From Lama guanicoe (taxonomy: Eukaryota), in contig MU053561.1 in the NCBI GenBank assembly GCA_013239625.1, positions 2,310,283-2,374,282 on the forward strand: a DNA stretch of 64,000 nucleotides. Reading direction: 5' to 3'. Each line of letters opens with the position of its first letter. Position 1 is the stretch's first letter. The notes beneath the pieces were generated by a model. It did no database searches and had not been told where the DNA came from. It saw nothing but the letters and a program-made list of their open reading frames with translations. The translations under genes and the position numbers were made by a program. This document shows positions 38,726-52,169 of this stretch, one piece after another.

Positions 38726-41700
38726 TATGACAGTATGCTAAAGAGGGAAGAGGAAAGTCTGTTACCATTTACACACGCTCTCCACACTTTTTCTTCTTTA
38801 TCACTAGAAATAGAGGTATGTGAACAGATGGGATGTGTATCACTCGAGACTTCAGTTTCCCCGCCAAAGACATTTTACAAGTAAGTTCTCCAGTGACCAT
38901 CCACGCTCTCTCTCCTGCCTTCCTCCCAGTGGTGTGCTGGTAAACTGACTCTTTGGGAAGAAAAAACGAAGAACTGATTTGTAACATTTGGCAATTTCTG
39001 TTCTGTAAATTCTCCCACTATGGCAGATTAAGCTACCAATGGTGCGGCAACCAGCTAGCAAAGTGCCTGGATGTGAGAGGCGGTAGGAGCAGTCTTTAGC
39101 ACACCATGGCTTTCCTCTCTCTTTCTTCATATGATCTCACTTTTCCCTGTTTTTCGCAGTTGCCTTCCCTCTGCTACTACCACCCACAGCTCACCTAGGG
39201 TCTCCTCCCAGGGTTTCCTCCTTTCCTCTGAGTCTCACCAGCATCATCATCCTGCCTGATGCCAATGACGAAAGGTTCCTGGAAAGAACAGAGGCCTTGG
39301 TGTCATATTTAGATTCAGTCACTTGTGACCTTGAGTAAGTTACTTAATTACATTGAGCCTTGGTTTCTTAATCTATAAAATGATTAAAAAAAAAAAAACC
39401 AACATTCCCACATAAGGGATACGAGGACTATATAAGGCCATTGATATGAGAAATGCCCAGTGAAAGCTCTTGTCTTTTCTGCAGCCTTCAGAGAGGGTGA
39501 GTGATAACACCCCACCTGTGCTATCACAGTTGTCTCTCCCACCACTCAGGGAACTCTTCAAGTGCAGGGCTTTGTCTTGTGTATCTGCATACCCCAGATC
39601 CTAGCTCAGTGTCTGGAACGTGGTAGATGCCCCCCGAAATATTCAAAGCATGCTGTCTTTCTTACCCATTCCCTGTTTGATCATGAGAAGGGTTGGGACA
39701 GAAAGAATTGGGCTGCAAAAGAAAACGGGAGGAAGAGGTTTGGAGCCGGTCTGGATGTGGGCGCCAGCACAGCAGGTGGGCAAGTGTGGGAGGGGTTGCA
39801 GGGAAAGCTGATTTGTTAGCATATGGATCATTGACTTCTCCCACGGGCCCGCTCATTAGTTTACGTGATACACAGAGCTGAACAGAGCCCAGGGGAAAGA
39901 TAATTCACTCAGCAACATCCACTCTTTCTTCGTCTCTTGTTTATCTTAGTTGCTGGTGCTCATGTCGTATCTTTAAGTTTGTTTCACTGAACGCCTTTTT
40001 GGTTTAAATCTTTAAGTTGTTTTTTTTTTCTTCCTGTCCTGGAGATATATGAACCAGAGCCAATAAAATAAGAGCTTTTTTTCCTTCACAGCTCTGAAAG
40101 CTTTACATAAGTGTTTCTTCACTTCTATTTTATGGCCAGGACCAGATGCAGAAGTGCTAAAATATTTTGATAAGAGCTGTCCTGGCAGTACTTCGTACTT
40201 TTACAGCTATCCAGAGGGAGAGAATTAGCTAGGAAGTCAGCCCACAGAGACGAGAGATCGAAGCTATGAAATCTCTCTACTGACCGAGATTCTCAATTAG
40301 TTTCAAACATCAGTTGGATGAGGAAAGAAAGTAAGTTCAGGCCGTATCAATCTCCAAATGAAAAATAGAAAATAAATTTGAAGGCCATCATAATCCCTAA
40401 TATTTATGGCAGTGGGTTCCTTCAAAGTTTATAAAATGCCTTTATATGCAAACATATCCTGAGACCTCTTGAGTTAAACACATACTTCCTGATCTCCTAG
40501 TACTTATCAGGGTAGGAAGTATTAATATCCTCATGGAACTAAGGCCCAGAAAGGTTAAGTGACTTGCCCAAGGTCACATAGCTGGTCGGTGGCGATGCTG
40601 GTATTCAGCTATGAGCTGGTATTTAGCCTCTCATCTGTTTTGCAGAGGAAAAGTCAGGGGTGCAGGGAGGTCAAGTGAGTTACTCAGGATCACGTGGAAC
40701 AGGAAGCAGAAAGGCTTCATTCCCTTCTCTCCCCACTCTGCAGTGGGGTCCTCACCTCACTCTGAGCCATGCCTTTGCCTCATATTCTTCTCCATCTTAT
40801 AATTTTCCCTTCACCCTGCCCATTCTGTTCACTTCATTCCACCTCATTCTGTCCTCTTCGTGGCCTATGGGGGCTCTGTTTTCATCCCTCCTTCTGTGTC
40901 CCACACATGTGTCTGTGTTTCAACTGATGTGCCTCGGTCCTTACCATGTGCCAGGTGCCCGTCCACCTGCGTGCAGATGTAACTCCCTTGTATTCCCCAC
41001 CACAAACTGATGAAGCAGACACCATGATTATCCTTATTTTACAGGTGAAAAAACCCAGTCACCTTACCTGTCCAAGGTCACACAGCTAGCAGGTGAAATG
41101 GCCCTGATTCAAGGCTGAGCAGTCTGGCTTCAAAGCCCTGTTATAAATCGTTTAGCTACAGCTGCCTCTCATTTGGGCTCTAAGTGTACCTGTGTCTGTC
41201 CTTCAGGGTACAGTCATACCTGGGTTTGCCTGAACATAGATACTCTGGATTATGTTGTTTTCTGCTCCTTTCAATCTGCTGTCATGTATGTTTAGACAGT
41301 GTGAGCTGGGACCCTGGGCAGTGGCTCTGGAGAAAGGAATTTGTAAAGAATACACCTGAAATGAAATCAAAACTCAGAGTTTCGGAGCCTCAGTCCAGGA
41401 TTCTATTAATTCATTAGTTTGTTCATTCGTCAGCCTGATGTTGCCAGCTACCTACTTGAGAAAAAGCAAAAACTAAACAATTAAGCTACTTAGAGAATGG
41501 TTCATAATGCTAAAATAAACTGTTGAATACTTCATGCTGTTTGCAGCTACAGGAAACATGTCTTTTTCTAAAGGGAGAGAGGAACTTAGGCTGACAGAAG
41601 GGAGGATAACCAACATGGGAATAGTAATAAAATAAAAATTCTGAATCCAATTTCCTTTGGTGAGATGTATTAGGTTTTCAATCAACTAAACCAAATGGCT

Positions 41701-42227
41701 GAAACCCATTTAAAGCCAGATCAGCTAAATTTTGCCGTGTGTTTGCTTATGTAAGTATCTTCCTTCATTTGCCACTAGACTAAAAGCTCCTCGGATATGA
41801 AACTGAAGGTTACTCATTTTGATCTCTCCCAGAATGCTTGGCACAGTGACTGGTACTTAGCAGGTGCTCAATAAATGTTTATTGAATTGAATTAAAAAGA
41901 AGACATTCACTGCTTATCAATTTTACACTCACCCCAGGAGAAAAGAAGAATGAATGTGATGTTATGCTCTATTAAGTGCAAAAATGAAAACAAATGCCAT
42001 CTCAAGGTTGTTAATTTAAGAATATGGGGACTCTGAAATGAAGCTTTGCCACAATGGAGAATTGCTTGCAAAGCATTTTCTATATCAAGGTTGACTATAA
42101 CAATACCACAGAATAGCCCAAAGCCTTTCTATTTTAGTTCCAAATTTCCCAAGATCAAAGAATAAAAAAATTCTCTGAAAAGCACAGTCACTCATTATAT
42201 TTGATTTCAATTTAAAGTTTGTCTTTT

Positions 42228-42283
42228 TTTTTAACATTTTTTATTGATTTATCATCATTTTACAATGTTGTGTCAAATTCCAG
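42228..42283 (-). mobile_element. Ultra-short (56 nt) young L1 3' tip with 9-bp TSD
   Basis: tttttaacattttttattgatttatcatcattttacaatgttgtgtcaaattccag, flanked by TTGTCTTTT at 42219-42227 and 42284-42292. Confidence 0.8.
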
Positions 42284-43029
42284 TTGTCTTTTAACCTACT
42301 TGTATTTGAGTAGAAGAACATGGGAATTAGCAATAAGCGTGTTAGTTTTTCTGGATATATTCAAAGTTTTGGGGGGTGAAGGGGAGCAAGATACAATACC
42401 CCTGTCCCTCCCACTGAAAGAAGCAATTGTATGAGACATACAGGGGTCAGGCAAATGTGAATCAAAAATAAAATCTTTGTTACTCGTGAAGATGTTTGGA
42501 GAAGTGGTTTAGATCCGTTGGCAAGTATGCTTGCTGGTACAATGCCCTGTATTGAGTTTACCCACCATGCTGCTACCGCAGCCTTAGGCAGAACTAAATA
42601 GCCTCAGGCCTCTGTTCAGAGCCCCTTAAAACTTCATGGGATGGCAAAATGCAGGAGGCTGAGTACCCGCTCCCTGCAGGCACTTAGATCCCAAGGGGAG
42701 AGTGAAATGGACTGACACAAGCATGCCCAGTTTGGTCTTCCAGATAGAAGGTCACTCCCCTTTTCCTGGGATGGGTAAGAAAGGGATGTAACAAAGGCTT
42801 GGAATGTTATTCTGATGGTGGTCCCTCCACACAAAAAGATGACGAGGAGGGACTAATTGTTCCCTCCAACATATGACATATTTTACAACAGATGTACTCT
42901 ATTGCCAATAACTTGTAAGCAATTTGAATTTTATCTTTCAGCAATGATTTATTGAGTCCTATGTGCCAGGCACTATACTAAAAGATTTACAAATGTGTTG
43001 GCTCATTTGATCCTGAAAATAACCCTATG

Positions 43030-43632
43030 AGGAAAACAGTTTGGCGTTTCCCGAACACATTAAACTTGGAATTACCATATGACCCAGCAATTCCACTCCT
43101 GGGTATATACTCAAAAGAACTGGAAAAGGTGTTTAAATAAAAATTTGTACTCCAATGTTCATGGCAACACTATTTACAATAGTCAGAAGGTGGAAACAAC
43201 CTAAATGTATATCAATAAATGAACAGTGAAACAAAATGTGGTAGATTACAACGCAATATTACTCAGCCATAAAAAAGGAACGAAGTACTGGTTCATGCTA
43301 CAACCTGGATTAACCTTGAAAACATTATGTTAAGTGAAAGAAGCCAGACACCAAAGGCCACAGATTGCATAATTCCATTTATATAAAATATTGTGAACAG
43401 GTGAATCCGTAGAGACAGAAAACGGATTCGTGATGCCAGGGGCTGGGAGGAGGGGAAAATGGGGGTGATTGCTTAATGGGTACCAGGTTTCCTTTTTGAG
43501 TGAGGAAAAAATCTTGGGTCTAGAGAGTGGTGATGGTTGTACAACATTGTATACTTAATACCACTGGACTATACACTTTAAAATGGTTTAAATGGTAAAT
43601 TTTATTATATGTCATTAACCACAATAAAAAAG
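43030..43632 (+). mobile_element. L1MB-type 3' fragment inserted into a MIR
   Basis: ggaaaacagtttggcg...ttaccatatgacccagcaattccactcctgggtatatac ... ttaaaatggtttaaatggtaaatttt...aataaaaaa. MIR halves lie at about 42945-43030 and 43635-43700. Confidence 0.88.
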
Positions 43633-43719
43633 CACAATCCTGGGAGGTAGGTATCATTACCCAACTTTGCAGATAAGAAGTTTAAAGCTCTAAGAAAAAT
43701 CAAGAATGTTACCATCAGA

Positions 43720-44115
43720 CAGGGGATGAATCTAAGTTTTGTGTGGTCTAAATTTCTTACAATTTAAGAAAAGGGTCTACGGAAGGGTATAGCTCCGTGG
43801 TAGAGCACATGCTTAGCATTCAAGAGGTCCTGGGTTCAATCCCCAGTACCTCAGTTAAAATAAATAAGTAAATAAAATAAACTGAAGTACCTCTCCCACT
43901 AAAACAAACAAAAAACCCCCAAAATAAACAAAATATTTTTAAAAAGAAAAAAGTAAAACCAAACCAAACCAAAAAAAGAGGCTCCATTTAAGAAAAATCA
44001 TACAAAATTATGATTATAAAACTGCTAGGGCACCTCCAAAGATCTTGGAAATTATATCTGCAAGGGAGAGCTCTGAAGCTTAAGCTGTGTTAACCTCAAG
44101 GTAAATTCACATTTG
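43720..44115. mobile_element. hAT-Tip100-type non-autonomous DNA transposon remnant interrupted by a SINE
   Basis: Termini caggggatgaatctaagttttgtg ... ctgaagcttaagctgtgttaacctcaaggtaaattcacatttg. Confidence 0.5.
43781..43975 (+). mobile_element. tRNA-derived SINE (vic-1-like)
   Basis: ggaagggtatagctccgtggtagagcacatgcttagcattcaagaggtcctgggttcaatccccagtacc followed by an A-rich tail. Confidence 0.9.
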
Positions 44116-44139
44116 CTTTTAGTAGGTAGAACTGAAAAA

Positions 44140-44720
44140 TAAAAAAATTAAAAACTTGTAACTCCATTTCAGTAACAGCAAAAACATATAGTACTTAGGG
44201 GTAAATTTAACAAAAGATGTGTCAGACCTCTGCACTGGAAACTATAAAACATTGCTAAGAGAAGTTTTAAAGGACCTAAATAAATGAATAGTTGTACCAT
44301 GTTTATGGATTGAAAGACTCAGTATAGTTAAAATATTAATTCTCCCTATATTGATTTATCAATTTAAAGCAATTCCCATCATAATCCTACCAAAGTTTTT
44401 TTGTAGAAATTCTCAAACTAACTCTCACATTTATACACAAAGAACCAGATTGCCCAAAGAAATGTTGGGAAAAAAAACCCCAAAGTTTTTAAGGACTTGT
44501 ACTGCCTTTAATGCTTAGAATAAAGTTATACGATCAAGACAGCGTGCTGTTGGGAGAGATGAATAAATCAGTGGAACTGAATAGAGTGCCCAAGAATAGA
44601 CCATTTATACATACAGTCAAATGATTTTCAACAAAGGCACTATATATAGCAGTCCAACTGGGAAAGAAAAGTGTTTTTAAAAGATGGTGCTGGAACACTG
44701 AACATCCATATGGAAAAGTG
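44140..44720 (+). mobile_element. Old L1 ORF2 fragment (post-RT region)
   Basis: tacttaggggtaaatttaacaaaagatgtg...aactataaaacattgct...ccatgtttatggattgaaagactcagtatagt; tgattttcaacaaaggcac. Confidence 0.85.
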
Positions 44721-45539
44721 AGTAGGGGGAGCTAGAACTTGACCCGAGTTCTGCCTTCCTCTTCCTGTATCCCTTCATGACCTCTCTGTTCTCACCCTGG
44801 CCTTGTCCTTGCCCTGCCTACCCTTGCTCGCTGCAGTCTCCAGAAAGGTGAATCTAAAGCTTGAGGCAGTCGCGCCACTGGATCAATCATAGTGTCACCT
44901 GTTTGCTAGGAAGACTGAGGGAGTGGAGTCTTGACTTTGAAGGGCTCTACCTGCTTTGGGTCTTGAGGTGCCTGGGACCCCACTGCCTATTATCAGGAAG
45001 AGATTTAAAAGTCTGCAAACTGGAAAGTCATAGTACGTTTTCACTGTCAGTCGAATGATCAAAGCCTATTCTCAGAGGTCACCTGGTAGAGAAGGAGTAA
45101 TCCTGACTTGCACTCAGAATCCTGTTCTATCTCTGCCTCTGTACGACTTTGGGTATGTCACTTTGATCCTTAGTTTCCTTACCCGAAAAATGGGGATAGT
45201 AAAAACCTCCTCTGTTTTACCCCATGGGTTGTCATTAAGTCAAATGAAATAGAATATAGAAGTATTCTTCGAAAACGATGAAATATTACATAATATAATT
45301 TATCACAGTTCTGTGTATACTCTTTGCAAACTGCAATGCGTAATAATACTATGTTTTAAGTTCAAATTTTGCATATTAAGTTTATTGGATAATTATTTTT
45401 CTTGTTCCTTTTGTGTTTACAAAAGAAATCTAACATTCTAATAATGGTTCAAAAGTCCTTTATTAGTGCAATTTTTGAGTCAGAGATACCTGGTTTTTTA
45501 AAAATTTCATTTATTTCACTCAATGAGTTTTTAAAAATT

Positions 45540-46360
45540 TCACTCATTAATTAATCAGTTCATTTTATTCAACAAGTTCTTGCTTATCACCTACAATGGG
45601 CAAGACACTGTTAAATGTAAGAGGTAGATGGATGAAGAGAGATACAATCTCTATCCACCAAAAGCTCAGTCTGGCGAGGATACAGACATAGCCTTAAAGA
45701 GCCAATTATGAAATAATGTCATCACTGCTAGAAAGGACCTGTTTACGAGGCTGTGCACTGAGGAGGAACAGCTAAACCTGTTAAGTATCTGGAGAGGCTT
45801 CACAGACTATGGGATGTTCCATGTTGGGACTTGAAGGAGGAAAAAGACTTTACCAAGAGAGTCTAGAGTAGGTGTAAGTGCATAATAGTTCAGGGACGTG
45901 TACCAAGACATGAAGCAGCATGTTGGAGAATTGCAAGAGAAGTTAACATGTGTGGAGTTTAAGGGTAAAATAGATGTGGCCAGAAAATGGACCAGAGGAG
46001 CTGGCAGGAACCAAGCCACTAAGGGCCTCGTCAGTTCCACAAAGGAGTTTGGTCTTTATCTTGTGGATGTCAGAGTCATGGAAGGTTTCTAAACACAGAG
46101 TAATAAGATCAGCTCTGTATTTTAGAAAGGAAGGTAAAGCCAGTGGAGGATGATGTGGGAGGCTGGGGGCAGGGGAAGGAGGCAGGGCAGGGGGACAGGC
46201 AGGGATGGGGAGTCAAGTAGGGAGACCAGGGAAGCGGCCATCACAATATGCAGCTAAACTAGACTCATGGGAGTAAGGCTGGCCAAGAGGAGACTGATCT
46301 GAGACTCATTTAAGAGGCAGAACCAATAGGATTTAGCTATTAGTTAACTGAATGCAATGG
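45540..46360 (-). mobile_element. L2 remnant
   Basis: cattttattcaacaag... terminus; aaggagtttggtctttatcttgtg; tctgtattttagaaag. Confidence 0.6.
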
Positions 46361-46589
46361 ATGAAAGAGAGAAACTTGGTTCTACCCCATATTCCTGATG
46401 TGACCCTGGACACAGTGCCTGACGTTTTCAAGTCTCAGCTCCTCATTTATTCATAAGTTTGTTGAGAGCCTTTAAGGTACTCAGTGTAAAAGCACCTATC
46501 ACAGGGCCTTGTAAAAAAATAGATTTTCCACAAATACTCATATTCTTCCTTTTCTTCTCCTCAGCCCATACTGCAGAAGAGCTCTTATG

Positions 46590-46800
46590 AATTTGCAGAT
46601 ACTAACTACTATATATAAACTAGATAAACAACAAGGTCCTACGATACAGCACAGGGAACTGTATTAAATATTTTGTAATAGCCTATAATGAGAAAGAATA
46701 TGAAAAGGAATACATGTATAACCGTGAATCACCATGCTGTACACCAGAAATTAACACAACTTTGTAAACCAACTAACCTTCAACTAAAAAGAAAAATTAA
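46590..46800 (+). mobile_element. L1 3' end fragment
   Basis: gcagatactaactactatatataaactagataaacaacaaggtcctacgatacagcacagggaact ... tgtacaccagaaattaacacaactttgtaaa. Confidence 0.88.
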
Positions 46801-49800
46801 AAATTACATTACACATGAAAAGAAAGAAAAAAGAGATTTTGCTCTTAGAGAAACTCATGCTGGACACTCAAAACATTTGGGTTTTGAGGCTTTGGGGGCA
46901 GCGTGTCCTCCGCTAACACGTCTCCAGAATTTTCCTGATAAGGCAGCTTCTAGGCTGGCAGGATCATGTTTGGGGCTCATGTGGCAATCCTGGTGTTCTT
47001 AAGCTCTCTGAGGAAGCAGCCAGCAACTCCCGGTAAAGTTCTGGAAGTTCACGAATGAGGTCTGAAATGTAGACCATGTTTTTTGGGCCCTGCCCTTCGG
47101 TTTACACGTCCTCACTCCAAACCTCTAAGATACAAGCTGAGGGAAGCTGGCACCCTACGGCTCTCCTGGGAGCCAACAGGGCTCTGTGTCTCTTTCCTTC
47201 TCCTGCTTGGGGCCAATGAAGGATTCTGGAATTTCTCTACAATCCCTCTATAAGATCTCATTGCTTCCCATTTAGAGATCCCGAACTTTTCTCATTTTCC
47301 TACCACTATAGAGGCCACTTCGGCCTTGAACGTAACTTTAGGAAACACTATGCCAATCCTCCCTTTTCCCTCGGAAAGAAACGGGGGGGAACCCCCAAAC
47401 TACAATGCTTCCTCCCAGTGTCCTGGCCGGATGTCCAGGTGGCATTCGAGAAAGCAACACTTAAAGGGAGAGAAGCCACCGGGTGACACATCCCTGAGGA
47501 GGAGGAAGCAGATTTTGGAAAAAAGTAAGTTGACTCCAAAAGCTCCTGCCTGGAGAGATGTTGATTGAAAGGCCTGCAGTCTTCAGAGGCTAAGATAATT
47601 AAGAATTTAAGAGCTTTCTTAAATTAAATGTTCCCTTTATTTCTGACTGGCACTTCTCGAATGTTATTGCTAAACAGGAGGGACTGTGGATAACTCCGCA
47701 TTCTTAGCCATGAATAATAATTAACTACCTTCAGCTTCCACGCTCACTATAAGCCATCAGGATTTATACGGCTTTTTAAAAAAAAAAAAAGACACTAGAG
47801 CAGCTCTGAAGTTTTTCCTTTGTTAGCCCATTTTCCTTTCCTCAGCAGATCAGTAGTACAGACCATTCAGATCCTGAGCTCCTGGGAATCCTATTAAGAC
47901 ACACCAGAGGGAAGTCGTCAATGATCTGCTTGCGAAAAACCGAAGCTCTGCTTCTCGTCCGTGGTACCCTCCGCTGTGATGAAGCTTTGTCTAATGGTGT
48001 GCACAAATGTGGCAAAACTGGGAGGGAAATTGAGTTCTCCCACAGGAACTCCCGGCCGGGGGGTGGGGGTGCGTATTTCTCCCTCTTGAATGGCATCTGC
48101 AGTGGGAGAGGGCTGGGACACTGCCTCTTCCCAGCAACTCTGCTGGGCTGTAGGACGGGGAATTGTAAATATACTAGACAGTCCTTGCCCGGCTACTCAG
48201 CACCCAGTTCACAGATGTATTCAAGATAAGTAAGTCGGGGGTCTTGTAGGAGATGTAATTCAGGGTAGTCCTGGGAGCCAAGTTATAATTATTACAATAA
48301 AAATTCTCACACAGTGATCCTTAATTATCTGATAATGAAGTTCAAGAGAAGACACCAGAAATTGCAGAGCACAGAAAACCCAAAAAGCTAATTTCAGATA
48401 CATGTTCTTTTTCATCCAACATTTATCCAGGGCAACTATAACTCAATAAAAAGATGTTTAAAAAAATGTATCCAGGGCAGTGAATTTATCCTGATGATAA
48501 TAGCTCATGTTTGTGTGGACCTTTCATATGCTAGTGAGTTTCAAGGACGTTTTTAGCAGCAGACACATAGTTTCAAACAAAATCTCCTTTGGCACCTCAG
48601 TATATAAAGCAGATGAAAGTAGGGCTACTCTGGGGTAGCCAGACCTGGAGACACCTGAGCCCCTGGGGATAATTCCTGCCCTCCCTCTGCTTTGTAGCTG
48701 TGGCTTCCAAGGGACCGCTGAGGAAGCCAGGAACCAAGAAGAATACAATTCCAAAAGCACTGGCCTACATTAGTTCTTGACTCCCCTGCCCTGTATGGTA
48801 GGTAGGTCAGGAATTAATATTCTTATTTTACAGATAAGAACAGGTTCGGGGAGGCTGATTCACACAGGCTGATTCACACCAGTGGAGTTGGGACTTGAAC
48901 CCAATCTTCTGATGTCAAATTTAACATTCTTTTAACTATAGCTGCGCCATGCCCTTTGCTCATTTCCTCAGCCTCGTGTTGGGACGTCACGAGGAGAAAA
49001 TTCACCAGAGGAGAATTGAGGGATGAGGTACACACAACATACTATCAGTTAAACAGAAAGTCGTCCACATTTGTCGAACTGTCCTTTCCCCATTTGAGAA
49101 GTGACAGATGATGAGAGTCAGGATGGAACGAGAGCTGTTCCCTGTTTCACTGATCACCTTTAGTGATTGGAATTTCAATTTCTTAATAATTTCTGTCACT
49201 TCCTGGCTGTGTCTAAATATTTAGGCAGATCTGTGTGGAGTGGATTTGTCTGTTTGATGTGTTGCATATATTTTTGTATTCTGGCTGTCAGTCAGTGAGG
49301 AAGCCACGCCGCAGAAAGCAGATGTGATCTGACAGTTGCCAAATGTGGCTCTTACTTTCCCCAGCATTCCCTGTGCCTCTTAAAGGTAGAACTAGTTTCT
49401 GCCTTTGGACCGCAGACTCCTGGAGAACTCCATCACCTGGCGTTTACCTTCCACATTCATTTCTCTGTGAAATCTTAGGCATAACCATATCTTTAACTAT
49501 ATTCCCAAACTCTAATGATTCTTGATTCTACATCCTCAGCCCTAATTTCTCTCTTAAGTTCCAGACCTACATTTTTAATGACCCCCTGGACATGGGTAAA
49601 TGGAAGCATCCGTACTTACATATTCAAAATTAGACTAATTTCTAGCTGAAATAGTGCCCCCTGAGTTCCTATCTTGGTGAATGTTGCTGCCGCATACCAC
49701 CTAACTAGAAAACTCCGTTTCCTTGAACCCTTCTCTTTCTTCACCACCACTTTCAGTGAATCTACCAAGTCATTCAGATTCAACATTTTTAATATCTCTT

Positions 49801-50239
49801 GTCTCTAATTCCCACTTCCCTGCCCCCAGTTCCCACAGTCTTAGTTCAGCCTTTCCGCCTGACTTAATGGGTATTTCTCCAATTAGCCTCACTGTGCTCT
49901 TTCTATTCTGATTCATCAACCGCTATGCTGCCCCAGCGCTTGACCTTTCTGAGATTAACTTCATACAAAGGATCCATGCAGTCTATCCCTGATCCATCAG
50001 GCCAGCCTTAACTCCCAACACACAACTCCATCTTCTCTTTCCCTTAACCTCACATCCATTCAGTCAGAAATTTCTCCTGGCATTTTTATGAAATGTACCT
50101 CATAGCCACTTTCTGTACTGTTCCCATTGCTCTTCCACCAAGATAATGTCAAGCCTTATTTTTCTTTGTCTGCACTTTTGCAGTCATCTGAGATTATAAT
50201 GGATCCCGCTGTCTCTAGTCCACCTTCACGTGTTATTTT

Positions 50240-52100
50240 TTGCAGTGTATCAATATATTATTATTACAGCTTTATATTAGAGACTTAATATCTGGTATAG
50301 TGAGTCCCCTGCTGCTTCTCTCCTCTTCTCCCTCCCTCTTGCCATTTATTCATTATTTTCAAAATTGCTTTATTACTTATAGACCTTTATTCTGTATGAC
50401 ATTTAGTATCTTAAAATATTATTTTGAAAATATTATTGAAATTACATTAGGTAGATAAATTTGGGAGAGAATCACTTCTTTATAAGTTTGAGTTTTCTCA
50501 TCCATAAACATGGCATATCTTTTCATTTATACATGATCATTTACATTATTTACTAGAACTTAATATTTTCCCCTGTGAATTTCTTTTTTCTTAGGTTAAT
50601 TCTTAGATCCCTTATTGCTTTGTTGCTCCTGTAAATAGTATCTTATTTTCTGTTATTTTCTCAGCTGGATTTTACTGGTAGAGAAGATGTTTCCTTGTAC
50701 TTAACGCAATTTTGAAACCTGGTTCATATGTGCTTCTTAAATTGAGTTAGGTAGTTTTCAGCCTTTAACATTTTCCTGGAGCGTCTTTGATAACAGTGAT
50801 GATCCATCCCTTGAAAGTTTGATAAAATTTATTTGAGGCACATATGTGTGTGTGTATATGTTTAGGTAGAAAGCTTTTGATGACTATTTTAATTCACAGT
50901 GGTTGATTCCAATTTTTTATTTCTTCTTGCCTCAATAATTTCACTGAAGAGTTACTCCCCTCATTTCATCCATGTTAGCAAATTTATTAGCATACAGTTC
51001 TTCATGATATGCTTTGATTATACGTAAGGTCTTTGTTGTGTCTTAAAGTACTCTTTCCTTATTATTGTTTTATTTATTTGTATCATCTCATTTTTTCCCT
51101 CATTACTCCTGCCAGAGGTGTGTCTACATTTTCAATCTTTTCACACAAAAGATTTTGCCTTTCTTCTTTATAATCTTTTGTCTTACATATATATTTGTTT
51201 ATATACATTTGTTTTTATTTATTACACTTAACTTTCTAACTTGATAAATTAACTCACTAGTTTTTGGTTCAGGAATATTTTTAGGAGTGACTCTTGCATG
51301 TTAAAATTCCTATAGCATCGTCTACCTAACAATATCTTTATTGAAGCCTCATATTTAAATGAGATAGTTTAACTCCAGCTTAGAAGTCCTTTTTTTTTCC
51401 TCCTTGAAAATAGTACTCCGTTGACTTCTTGATTTCAGTGTCACAGTTGATACATTTGATGTCAAATGAATTCATGTTATTTTGTAAGATATATATTCTC
51501 TTGCTACGTGTTCTTAGAATTGCCTCTTGAAATTTGAAGTTATTACATTACACTATAAATCTTAGATGATAATTTTTTTCCTTATCCTTTTTGCACTGTA
51601 CTAGCCTTTCACTCTCAAATATTTTTTATTTCAGTCTAAAACCTTTTACCCTGGGAATTTTAGGTCATTATTTATCTGTACCTCCTACATGAATATATCT
51701 ATTGCTGCATGCATAATAAGTTACCGCAAACCATAGTGGCTTAAAAAAACAACGATTTTTTAAATGATATTTCCTAGTTGCTTATTTCTTGTGTAGAAGA
51801 ACTTTATTGATTTTTATGTTTTTGTCATTTCTGGCAACCTTATCAATACTTTTTTATTATTCTTAATAGTTTCTTGGTTGATTGTGTTTTTAATTAATAC
51901 ATGTTTTCCACAAATACTGTTTTTCCAATGATATACAGAGTTACTCGGTATTTATAATTCAGTACTGAAAACTCCCACGTATGAGGGAATCTTAACTTGC
52001 TTTCGTTCCTTCATTCAGATCCTTCTCTTTCACTATAACCTTTCTTGTTACGATACTCTGGAATTTTCTTTCGTAATGATTTTACATTTCAAATCAACAC
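50240..52100 (-). mobile_element. Old degenerate L1 fragments
   Basis: T-rich strand bias; agataaatttgggagagaat...catccataaacatggcatatcttttcattta. Confidence 0.6.
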
Positions 52101-52169
52101 TTGTTTATTCTCATCTGTAGCTTCTATTCTTTGCTTGTCTCTTGGACTCCATGTCTTCATTTACTTCCG

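Noticed and set aside
48852..48879. 14-bp tandem duplication AGGCTGATTCACAC
   Set aside because: It is a simple slippage event within a MIR remnant with no sign of function.
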